Shown here: positions 45,726 through 53,986 of the stretch, in pieces
Layout: each line of letters begins with the position of its first letter
Numbering within the stretch: the first letter of the stretch is position 1
Assembly: GCA_944336125.1 (NCBI GenBank)
Contig: CALVLA010000001.1
Span: 96,414-160,413 of the forward strand
Source: an uncultured Clostridia bacterium
GTDB taxonomy: Bacteria; Bacillota; Clostridia; Christensenellales; CAG-314
Direction of reading: 5' to 3'
Length of the DNA stretch: 64,000 nucleotides
The notes under the pieces: generated by a model
Told to the model about the DNA's origin: nothing
Database searches by the model: none
What the model saw: the letters and a program-made list of their open reading frames with translations, nothing else
Position numbers and translations under genes: made by a program

Positions 45726-46492
45726 CAGTCCTCCCAGTAAAGAAGTACAGTTTTACCCGGGTTCATTTGCAGCCAGTTAATAGCACCTTGTACGCTTGTG
45801 AAAAAAGTTCTTGCAGCGTTGCCCATTACGCCGAAATCACCGTTTTGATACCTGAACGCAAGATGTCCCGCCATGCTGCCCTGTACGTCAATCAGCTGAA
45901 TATTCTGATTTTTTACCAAATCGCGTATGAAAGGTTTCTTTTCATACTTTTTGTCGTCCCTGTAACATGAGTTGGAAAAACCGAATTGACACGAATTTTT
46001 CAAAATCTCGTAAAAGCCTCTCATTGTCGCGCCGCTTCCCATAAAGTCAATGAAAACATCGGGAACACGACCGAATTCGGAAACTGCCTTTTGCGCCTCT
46101 TGTTTGTAATATTCAATCATTGCCAAATCGGAAAACTGATCAAAATAGTACCAGCCCTCATTTCTCAGACGAGCAATAGCGTCTTCTTTTTCCTGCGCAG
46201 GAGTCCTGTCAATCGAAAAGCCCAAGGCGGTAATTTGATTAAACGAAACGGGATCCTCAAACTTGCCCAAAATAGGCAAAAAGTTAATGCCCCTCTGCTT
46301 GCAGACTTTTGCCACTTCTACGGCAAACCTACCTGACGAAGCGATGGAAAGCTTGTTGTTGAAAAGCCTGCCCTGCCTTTGACACGTATCAACGATATAT
46401 TCTGCCAAAGCGGCATTTTTCCCTTTAGGATTTTTGTATGCGTAAATATTACCGTTGCAGTTTTCCATAAAAATATTAAGATTTTTAATCAT
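45725..46492 (-). CDS. Divergent CysK-fold (PLP fold type II) protein, paralog A
   Basis: 255 aa with NPKGKNAALAEYIV (candidate PLP-lysine region), IASSGRFAVEVA and DFMGSGATMRGF. The same architecture as paralog B. AAGGAGAA RBS. Confidence 0.45.
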   Translation of the reverse strand: MIKNLNIFMENCNGNIYAYKNPKGKNAALAEYIVDTCQRQGRLFNNKLSIASSGRFAVEVAKVCKQRGINFLPILGKFEDPVSFNQITALGFSIDRTPAQEKEDAIARLRNEGWYYFDQFSDLAMIEYYKQEAQKAVSEFGRVPDVFIDFMGSGATMRGFYEILKNSCQFGFSNSCYRDDKKYEKKPFIRDLVKNQNIQLIDVQGSMAGHLAFRYQNGDFGVMGNAARTFFTSVQGAINWLQMNPGKTVLLYWED

Positions 46493-46510
46493 TGTTTTCT
46501 CCTTAAAAAA

Positions 46511-47959
46511 TTAAAAATATTGTTCGACCTTAGTAATAGTCAATGTTTTTTGAGGCGTATCTCCACCTTTGTAACCGTTGAATGTAAGTTGGTTTGTACT
46601 TATGCTTACAGTCGTATCATGCAAAGACGATGAACTAGACGACATTGAAAGCGAAATGCTTGTACCGGCATTGTTAGAAGTATGCAGACCTTCGTTTATG
46701 TAAATGTAATCTCTCCTCCACTCTCCGCACAAACTTCCGTAATCCACCTGACCGCCGTCGGCACAGTAGCAATAGCAGCCGCCGTCGCACCACTCTGGCT
46801 CCGTCGAGCCGGGCGCATAGTAGCGCGTGCTGTAGGATCCGCTTGAAACAGTGATACGCGTTTTTCTTCCTGCAACTATACCCGGCACGGATTTTGTTAT
46901 ATTATCCGTTGTTCCGCTAAACGTATAGGTATTTGAATTTACCGTTCTCCATGCGACAGATTGCAGTTTTGTCTCAATAGTCATTTTTCCGTTCACTATT
47001 GTATTACTGTTTGCCATAACACTGAAAAATGTACTTTGAAATGTTTTGTTTCCCACCTTAACGTAATCCAAAAATTTCCCGTTCGGAATGCTTGTTTGGA
47101 TATAAATCACATCGCCGTAAGTAATATAATCAAGGTTGTAATCACCGTAAATTGTAGGACAATCTTCTCCCCATGGTACCGAGGAGCCGTCCTGACAATA
47201 GCAATAGCATCCTCCGTCACAGTCAAATGACGGATGAGGCGGATACAAAAATTTTTTCAAACTTATCGTAGTCCCAGTATAAGGTTGCAAAACTATTGGA
47301 TAATGAATTTTGCCAGACGTATTGAAAACTAACGAAACGTTTCCGGATATGTTGGTTTTAGATGTAACTCCGGCCGTATCAAAGCCGAAAGACGGTGCGT
47401 AGTACCCGTTCTCGGCAGATGCAGATACCGTTAGGGAATCGCCGTTGTAAACATGCACGGATCCGCTATAATTAGGACTGTTTATCAACACTCCTGTTTC
47501 CGCAACTTCACTTGCCGTTCTTGTCACCGTGTAAGTGTAGCCTTCAGGACAAGCCGGATAACTAAGTACATAACCCGGAATTTCCTGATAAATTTTCGTA
47601 ACGGAAATCTGCCCCGACACATCCCACGCCATAAATGACTGACCTTGAAAAGTGTAATCCACCGTGCAATAAAGAGCCCCGTTAGAAACTGTCAGGCTCA
47701 ATGTCGCATCAATCGACGAGCACTTATTTGTGAGCTTGGCCGAAAAATTTTTACTGTTTTGTCCGGCCGGAATTTCGTAAACACCTGCAGTAAAAATATC
47801 CCCTGTCACGTTTTCGCCGCAGCTTCCCGATATACTACCCGACCAATTTCCCGATATATTTACGGAAATAGGATAGTTGGAATAGATTTCGTCAAGAGCA
47901 AACGAAACCTGCGTACCTTTACTTAAAACTTTGTTTTCGGAATTTAATATTTGTTCCAT
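46511..47959 (-). CDS. Leaderless 482-aa beta-rich protein with two CDGGCYCYC clusters; paralog of 37255-39495
   Basis: The start is at ATG 47959 (MEQILNSE), preceded by GGAGG. The shared N-terminal ~240 aa includes LSYPA(A/C)P and GDS(L/V)(T/S)(V/I)SA(S/N)A(E/D)(N/E)(G/N)Y(Y/A)(A/D)P. Cys clusters are encoded near 47198-47221 and 46766-46789. Confidence 0.6.
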   Translation of the reverse strand: MEQILNSENKVLSKGTQVSFALDEIYSNYPISVNISGNWSGSISGSCGENVTGDIFTAGVYEIPAGQNSKNFSAKLTNKCSSIDATLSLTVSNGALYCTVDYTFQGQSFMAWDVSGQISVTKIYQEIPGYVLSYPACPEGYTYTVTRTASEVAETGVLINSPNYSGSVHVYNGDSLTVSASAENGYYAPSFGFDTAGVTSKTNISGNVSLVFNTSGKIHYPIVLQPYTGTTISLKKFLYPPHPSFDCDGGCYCYCQDGSSVPWGEDCPTIYGDYNLDYITYGDVIYIQTSIPNGKFLDYVKVGNKTFQSTFFSVMANSNTIVNGKMTIETKLQSVAWRTVNSNTYTFSGTTDNITKSVPGIVAGRKTRITVSSGSYSTRYYAPGSTEPEWCDGGCYCYCADGGQVDYGSLCGEWRRDYIYINEGLHTSNNAGTSISLSMSSSSSSLHDTTVSISTNQLTFNGYKGGDTPQKTLTITKVEQYF

Positions 47960-47970
47960 AAAACCTCCAG

Positions 47971-48372
47971 TCATAAAATTCGATTGATAACGACATTTCC
48001 GATTTTTTCCGTACACGTTTTTGACTTTGTGTTTTCCTCTCCGACAAATGTTTTTACGTTTACGTTTTTAGTAAAATCCACCAAATCATCGATTTTTTCA
48101 TCCAGCATGCCAAAATCAAAGGAAATACCGTTATCCAAAGCGTATTTTCTCATAAGAGTCATTACGTATTCTTTTTTCTCCTGTCCGCTGAAATTTACAA
48201 ATTGTTCCGCTTGTTTGATAAGCGGCAAAATTTCATCGCAGATTTGAACGATGTTTTCCGCCGTTGTTTTTGCTTTTTCACTTTTCAAAAACTTTGCGAT
48301 AAATGTGATAACCGCAATTATCAGGCTAATTACAGTGCCTGCCAACGAAATGATAATTTCCGCATTTTCCAC
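47971..48372 (-). CDS. Holin-like small membrane protein (resembles the LL-H phage holin family)
   Basis: 133 aa with a GTG start preceded by AGGAGG. It has a single N-terminal TM (IIISLAGTVISLIIAVITFIAKFL), then a helical domain with AEQ...GQEKKEYV...D..ID pattern as in Holin_LLH proteins. This is recognised from memory only. Confidence 0.4.
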   Translation of the reverse strand: MENAEIIISLAGTVISLIIAVITFIAKFLKSEKAKTTAENIVQICDEILPLIKQAEQFVNFSGQEKKEYVMTLMRKYALDNGISFDFGMLDEKIDDLVDFTKNVNVKTFVGEENTKSKTCTEKIGNVVINRIL

Positions 48373-48462
48373 AACTTTTTCCTCCTTTGCAAAATCAAGT
48401 ATAGTTATCGCTAAAAACAGAATTCAATAGTAGCTGTCAATATAAAATTTTTTATAAAAAAC

Positions 48463-48492
48463 AAAAAACCGACGATGAGACGTCGGTTTTTT
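48463..48492. terminator. Bidirectional intrinsic terminator separating the polysaccharide locus from the island
   Basis: Stem ccgacg/cgtcgg (48469-48474 / 48481-48486), flanked by A6 and T6. Confidence 0.75.
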
Positions 48493-48534
48493 ATGTTAAT
48501 TTTAGTTTTTTTACGTTGTATAAAAAAAGCGCCG

Positions 48535-49173
48535 TCAGGCGCTTTTTGTGTTTTCGTATTCTTGCTTGAGTTTTTCTATCTCTTCTTCAGGTACGTGCCG
48601 CGTAAGTTTTTTCTCTCCGAAAAAAATTACGCCAAGTGTCTGAAAAAGTATTTTTATGTCCAACAAAAACGAAGCTTTCTTTGTATAAGTAACGTCGTAG
48701 TAACTGCGCTCCCTAGGCGAAAGGTATCCGTTTCCTTTTACCTGAGCCAGTCCGCTTATCCCGGGCTTTACGTTAAACTTCTGTTTTTCCCACTCTTCGT
48801 AGTGGTCGAGATAAACTCCCAAAAGCGGGCGAGGTCCGACAAGGCTCATGTCCCCTTTTAAAACGTTCAAAAGCTGCAAAAATTCATCGAATTTGATTTT
48901 TCGTATGACTCTGCCCACTTTTGTGAGGTTTTTGTTTGTGTCCTCGATTACCGGATGGTTTATATCGAAAGGCACGTCTGTACTCTTCATAGTACGGAAT
49001 TTAAAAACCTTGAAAGGTTTTTGGTCTTTGCCTATACGTTCCTGACGGAAAATAGCAGGACCTTTGCTTTCGATTTTTACTGCGATGGCTATTATGAGAA
49101 GCGGTAAGGCTAAAACGATAAGTCCCAAAACCGCAACCAGTTTGTCGCCCACAAATTTAATAAATTTATACAT
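48535..49173 (-). CDS. Polyprenyl-phosphate sugar phosphotransferase (bacterial sugar transferase family; priming enzyme)
   Basis: 212 aa with one N-terminal TM segment, then GPAIFRQERIGKDQKPFKVFKFRTM and SLVGPRP motifs. Confidence 0.88.
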   Translation of the reverse strand: MYKFIKFVGDKLVAVLGLIVLALPLLIIAIAVKIESKGPAIFRQERIGKDQKPFKVFKFRTMKSTDVPFDINHPVIEDTNKNLTKVGRVIRKIKFDEFLQLLNVLKGDMSLVGPRPLLGVYLDHYEEWEKQKFNVKPGISGLAQVKGNGYLSPRERSYYDVTYTKKASFLLDIKILFQTLGVIFFGEKKLTRHVPEEEIEKLKQEYENTKSA

Positions 49174-49330
49174 GAGAAAATTAAAGGCAAAATAAAATTT
49201 TGCCGCCTTTTACTTAATTATTTACTTCGGACAGTTTAACATACGCATAATGTGAAAAAGAAAAATATAGGCAATGTCGATTTTTGTCATTGCGGTTGCC
49301 AAATGATATTTAATGGGGTAAAATGTTTTT

Positions 49331-50215
49331 ATGAAAAAGTGCGTAATTATCGTAAACAAGATGTCGGGAAACAGTTCGCACGCCGACGAAAATAAGCTGA
49401 CGGCAGTATTCGGCAAAGACTATGACGTAAAGGTAATACGCATGAACAAGTCCACCGTTTTGTACGACTTGTCGGAGTATGACAGAGTGGTAGTATGCGG
49501 CGGAGACGGAACTCTGCACAACGCGATAAACTGCAAGTTCAAAAAAAAGGTAGATTGGATATATTGTCCTTACGGCACGTTGAACGAGCTTGCGACGGGA
49601 AGCGGTAACGGTCAGGAATACGTTTTACGCGACGTCGGAACAGCCAACGACAGAAAATTTGCTTACGTATGCGCATGCGGAATTTTTACTCCGCTGGGGT
49701 ACGTGGTAAAGGACAAATACAAAAAACGCTTTAAAGCCTTGGCATATCTGAGCAAAGTGGTAAGCCAATACAAGGTTCACCGCATTGACGCGGAAATAAC
49801 CGCCGACGGAAAAACTCAAAACGGGCAGTACACTTTAATCATGCTGATAGACTCGCCCAAATGTTTCGGGTTCAGGTTTAACAAAATGTTCAGGCTGGAT
49901 GACGGCAAGCTGCACATGCTTACGATAAAGTCGCCTAAACACAATGGATTTTTTGGCGGATTTAAACTGTTCTTCCCCCTTTTCCGCACGTTTTTCATAG
50001 GGTTTAAAAAGGAATATCACTCAAAAAACATCGATTTTTCCGAAGTAACGGAAGTTACTCTTAAATTGCAAAAGGAAACGGACTTTTGCATGGACGGCGA
50101 AAAAGTCACTTTAAACGGCGACATAAACCTGAAAGCGGTAAAATTTCAGGTTCCGATAAAAATCATCGCTTTGTCTAAAATCGAAAAATGCTTCAAAAAC
50201 GGTGAAACGCTTTAA
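49331..50215 (+). CDS. Diacylglycerol kinase catalytic-domain family lipid kinase (YegS-like)
   Basis: IIVNKMSG start and the GGDGT motif (VVVCGGDGTLHN). Confidence 0.7.
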   Translation: MKKCVIIVNKMSGNSSHADENKLTAVFGKDYDVKVIRMNKSTVLYDLSEYDRVVVCGGDGTLHNAINCKFKKKVDWIYCPYGTLNELATGSGNGQEYVLRDVGTANDRKFAYVCACGIFTPLGYVVKDKYKKRFKALAYLSKVVSQYKVHRIDAEITADGKTQNGQYTLIMLIDSPKCFGFRFNKMFRLDDGKLHMLTIKSPKHNGFFGGFKLFFPLFRTFFIGFKKEYHSKNIDFSEVTEVTLKLQKETDFCMDGEKVTLNGDINLKAVKFQVPIKIIALSKIEKCFKNGETL

Positions 50216-50220
50216 TTTAG

Positions 50221-50247
50221 TGCCGCTTTAAAGCGGCATCGTTTTTG
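50221..50247 (+). terminator. Intrinsic terminator after the lipid kinase gene
   Basis: Perfect palindrome tgccgcttt/aaagcggca followed by tcgtttttg. Confidence 0.7.
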
Positions 50248-50321
50248 TCTGCCTAAGCTTGACGGTTTTTTTAATTGGTGATAAAATGCGTTAGTATTTT
50301 TTCGTCGATAAGGATTAAAAA

Positions 50322-51143
50322 ATGGAAAAAATTAAAAAAAGCAAAATGAAAGCAAACGCCTTGCAGCTTAAAAAATCAATGGTCGTGCTTTCGTCAATGG
50401 TCGAGAAGAATATAAAAAATCAATACCGCCGCTCTGTGCTTGGCATTGTGTGGACGGTTTTGAACCCTCTTCTCAACATGATAGTAATGGCGTTTGTCTT
50501 TTCCAGCATATTCGGAAGAGCCGACATCGAAATGGACTACCCCGTTTACGTTTTGTCAGGCACGATAGTGTTTACTTTGATGAGGGTATCCACTTCGGAA
50601 TCTCTCACATGCATGGTTGACAACTACGACCTGCTTACAAAAACACGTGTGCCTTATGCAGTATTTCCTGTTTCGCACACTTTCTCGTCTACGGTAAACT
50701 TTGGTTTTTCACTGATTGCGCTCATTATCGTAATGCTGGTGAGAATACCAAACGGCGCGGAATTCCACTGGACTCTTTTCATGATAGTTTTCCCTTGGCT
50801 TCCTTCGCTTATGCTTTTCTCACTGGGACTTTCTTTCATATTGAGTTCAATATACGTGCGTTTCAGGGACATAAAACACATTTATTCGGTATTTTTGACG
50901 TTGTGGACATACCTCACCCCTATTTTTTACACACTGTCCACACTTAACCTCAGCGAAACCTCGCTGAAAATAATGAATCTCAATCCTATGCTTCATTATC
51001 TCAACTACTTCCGTTCGTTGATTATGGGCGTAGTACCTTCTTTGACGGAACACCTCATCTGCTACGGCGTAGGCATTTTTGTGTTCGCAATAGGATTGTT
51101 GATTTTCAACCTCAGCAAAAAGAAATTTATTTTGTATATCTGA
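50322..51143 (+). CDS. ABC-2 type polysaccharide/teichoic acid export permease (Wzm/TagG-like)
   Basis: 273 aa with 6 TM segments and the N-terminal KNQYRRSVLGIVWTVLNPLL signature of ABC-2 exporters. Confidence 0.85.
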   Translation: MEKIKKSKMKANALQLKKSMVVLSSMVEKNIKNQYRRSVLGIVWTVLNPLLNMIVMAFVFSSIFGRADIEMDYPVYVLSGTIVFTLMRVSTSESLTCMVDNYDLLTKTRVPYAVFPVSHTFSSTVNFGFSLIALIIVMLVRIPNGAEFHWTLFMIVFPWLPSLMLFSLGLSFILSSIYVRFRDIKHIYSVFLTLWTYLTPIFYTLSTLNLSETSLKIMNLNPMLHYLNYFRSLIMGVVPSLTEHLICYGVGIFVFAIGLLIFNLSKKKFILYI

Positions 51144-51147
51144 AATT

Positions 51148-51975
51148 ATGGCAGACCTTATTCATTTGACAGACAGTGCCGACGACAAATCGCAAGCGGC
51201 GCAATACGTTAAAACAGGCGATTTTGAGCTTGACGAAGACATACTCATCGACGTAAACGACGTGGGTATGAGGTTTCGTATGCCTACCGAAAAAATCGAC
51301 AACATGAAGGAGTATTTCATAAAGCTTATCAAAGGCAAATTGAAATACCGCAACTTTCACGTACTTGACGGAATAAACCTGCAAGTCCGCCGCGGCGAAA
51401 GCCTTGCGCTCATCGGAAGAAACGGCGCGGGAAAATCCACTCTTTTGAGGATTATCGCAGGTATCATCGAGCCAACGGCAGGTTTTGTCAGGACGCGCGG
51501 AAACATGGCTCCTCTTTTGAAACTGGGAGCAGGCTTTGACAGCAACGCCACGGGAAAGGAAAACATCTTTTTGAACGGAGCGATGCTTGGTTTTTCCAAA
51601 CGCGAAATGCAAAAAAAATACGACAGTATCGTAGAGTTTTCCGAACTCAAAGACTTCATGAACGTGCCTATCAAAAATTATTCTTCGGGTATGCTTACGC
51701 GCCTCGGCTTTTCCATTGCCGTCGATATTCACCCCGACATACTGCTCATTGACGAAATCCTCGCGGTAGGCGACGCTCCTTTCCAAAAAAAGTGCGCCGA
51801 AAAAATCGACAGCCTCAGGAAGGAAGGTACCACTTTCATAGTCGTATCCCACAGTATGGAACAAGTCAAAAGGCTTTGCCAACGCGCCGTTTACCTTAAA
51901 AACGGAAAGATAATTCAGTACGGAACGGCGCAGGAAGTAGCTGACAGATACCTCAAAGAATGTAACGAAGTATAA
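51148..51975 (+). CDS. Polysaccharide/teichoic acid export ABC ATP-binding protein (Wzt/TagH-like)
   Basis: Walker A GRNGAGKST, signature YSSGM, and Walker B LLIDE. Confidence 0.88.
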   Translation: MADLIHLTDSADDKSQAAQYVKTGDFELDEDILIDVNDVGMRFRMPTEKIDNMKEYFIKLIKGKLKYRNFHVLDGINLQVRRGESLALIGRNGAGKSTLLRIIAGIIEPTAGFVRTRGNMAPLLKLGAGFDSNATGKENIFLNGAMLGFSKREMQKKYDSIVEFSELKDFMNVPIKNYSSGMLTRLGFSIAVDIHPDILLIDEILAVGDAPFQKKCAEKIDSLRKEGTTFIVVSHSMEQVKRLCQRAVYLKNGKIIQYGTAQEVADRYLKECNEV

Positions 51976-51999
51976 CAAAAAAACGGTCGTAAGACCGTT

Positions 52000-52794
52000 T
52001 TATTTTTTCCATTTTTTGTTGTGCATTTTTTCGTAAAGCTTTTCGGGCAAAAACCAAAGCAGGATGGGCTTAAGCGAATATAAAAAGCCTTTAAAGCCCA
52101 GTTTCAGTTTTTTAGCCCCCTGCCTTTTCACGAAAAACTCGTTTTTTCTCGTTTTGAAAGAGTGCCTTTTTCCGCTGTTTTCGCTTTCGTAGTAATCGAT
52201 AAGCAGTTCGTTTAAATTTGCGCCGACAAACCCCTCGGCGTAAAGCCTGAAAACAAGGTCATAGTCCTCACACCTTAATGTTTGTTTTATGTCGCGGTAG
52301 CCCTTTACCTTTTCCAATGCCTCTTTTTTGAAAACAAGGGTAGGGTGAATGAAAGGGTTATATTTTATGATGACGTTTTTGTCGGGTCTTTCGGGAAACA
52401 TCCTTTCGCCCCACTTTTCCCCTTTTTCGTTGACCAAAACCGCACCGCTTCCGACAAAACTTATTTGGGGATTTTCCTCAAAAAACCTCATTTGTTTTTC
52501 AAGCCTGTCGGAATGCGAAAAATCGTCGCCGTCCATGCGCGCCACAAACTCGCCGCTCGCGTTTTTAAGTCCCTCGTTAAGCGCGTGCGCCAAACCGTAA
52601 TTTTTGTCGGAAACAAAAACCTTCACCCGCTTGTCAGATTGGGCAAGCTTTTGCAACTCGGCAAGGCTTTTGTCGGTAGAGCCGTCGTCCACGCAAATCA
52701 CTTCGATGTCCGAGTAGCTTCCGTCAAGCAGGGATTTTACTGCGCGCGACACTGTTTTTTCGTTGTTGTAAACTCCCATTATTACGGAAATCAC
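52000..52794 (-). CDS. Glycosyltransferase family 2
   Basis: ISVIMGVYN, VDDGSTD and RMDGDD motifs. Confidence 0.85.
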   Translation of the reverse strand: MISVIMGVYNNEKTVSRAVKSLLDGSYSDIEVICVDDGSTDKSLAELQKLAQSDKRVKVFVSDKNYGLAHALNEGLKNASGEFVARMDGDDFSHSDRLEKQMRFFEENPQISFVGSGAVLVNEKGEKWGERMFPERPDKNVIIKYNPFIHPTLVFKKEALEKVKGYRDIKQTLRCEDYDLVFRLYAEGFVGANLNELLIDYYESENSGKRHSFKTRKNEFFVKRQGAKKLKLGFKGFLYSLKPILLWFLPEKLYEKMHNKKWKK

Positions 52795-53891
52795 TTTTCA
52801 TCCTCCAAAGAAAGGTAAAATTTTTCCAGCAGCATTGCTTCCTGCGTTATGTCGTAACCGGCCTCCGCCACGGCGGTTTTACCTTGATATTTCCCCGTTT
52901 CCAAACACTTTTTTATTTCCTTTTCCCACATAACAGGGTCTTTAATAGGAAGGAAAAGGCATTTGCCCGTAATGTCGGTTTCACGAGTGATTTTTTCCGA
53001 CAGAAGGCACGGGATTCCCGATGCCTGCGCTTCCACCGCCACCAAAGGCAGTCCCTCAAACTTTGAAGGAAGCACAAACACGTCGAACATTTTGTAGTAA
53101 TCCTCGACTTTTTTTGTTTCGTTAAGCATAAACACCCTGTCCTCTATGCCGTAACTTTTTATTTTTTGCCTGAATTTTTCCGCAAGGCTTCCGTCGCCCA
53201 CGGTTACGCATACTGTGTCGGAATTTTTTTCGACGACTTGTTTAAATATTTTTGCCAAAAACAACGGGTTTTTTTGAAATTCGGTACGACCTATATGTCC
53301 CACCACTTTTTTGCCCTCAAAGCCAAACGTCTTTTTGATTTCTTCACCCCTGCCGTCGTCGGAGGAAAACCTGTCGAGGTCAATGGCGTTGTGAAGCACA
53401 AAGGCTTTTTCGCCCTGCTTTTTGCCGTAAAGCCATTTGCAGGCATACCTGCTGCACCCCGCAAGCCTTGTCGGGTAAACTTTGGATATTTTTTTCAGCG
53501 TGGCTTTTACTATCCAGCGTTTTTCGCTGATATGCGCCGTGGAGTGCGCGTGGCATATTCTGTTTTTTATGCCGGCTTTTTTTGCGGCTTTTAACGGCAC
53601 AAAACTCAAAGTAGTCAAATGAGCGTGTACGGCGTCGTAACCGTTTTCGCGAAACAGCTTTGTCATAGCTTTTACGCTTTTGAAGTAATTTAACACACTG
53701 GGAATATAAAAAACATTTCCGCCGAGGCTTTTAATTTCCTCGTCGAAAGGCGAAACTCCGTACGTAAAAAAATCAAAGGAAAACTTGTCCCTGTCGATGT
53801 TTCGGTAAAAATTCAAAACGCAGCTTATCACTCCGCCGCAGGAAGCGTTTCCCACAACCTGAGCGATTTTGATTTTTTTGTTGTCAGTCAT
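52791..53891 (-). CDS. GT-B fold glycosyltransferase (GT4-like)
   Basis: 366 aa with a C-terminal FVLPSKFEGLPLVAVEAQASGIP (EX7E-type) motif. Confidence 0.82.
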   Translation of the reverse strand: MTDNKKIKIAQVVGNASCGGVISCVLNFYRNIDRDKFSFDFFTYGVSPFDEEIKSLGGNVFYIPSVLNYFKSVKAMTKLFRENGYDAVHAHLTTLSFVPLKAAKKAGIKNRICHAHSTAHISEKRWIVKATLKKISKVYPTRLAGCSRYACKWLYGKKQGEKAFVLHNAIDLDRFSSDDGRGEEIKKTFGFEGKKVVGHIGRTEFQKNPLFLAKIFKQVVEKNSDTVCVTVGDGSLAEKFRQKIKSYGIEDRVFMLNETKKVEDYYKMFDVFVLPSKFEGLPLVAVEAQASGIPCLLSEKITRETDITGKCLFLPIKDPVMWEKEIKKCLETGKYQGKTAVAEAGYDITQEAMLLEKFYLSLEDEK

Positions 53892-53986
53892 AACTTTCTC
53901 CGTTTTTTAATTATACAACCTAACTTAACAACTAGCAACACCCGAGCGTTGAAACAAACGGACATTTGTGATATAATCAGTTTAAT

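Noticed and set aside
34835-48372. Island as a prophage, ICE or transposon.
   Set aside because: No integrase, recombinase, transposase, terminase, portal, capsid, tail or relaxase ORF is present. No inverted terminal repeats are seen. Only the holin-like gene is phage-related, and the tRNA-linked repeats enclose only about 73 nt, not the island.
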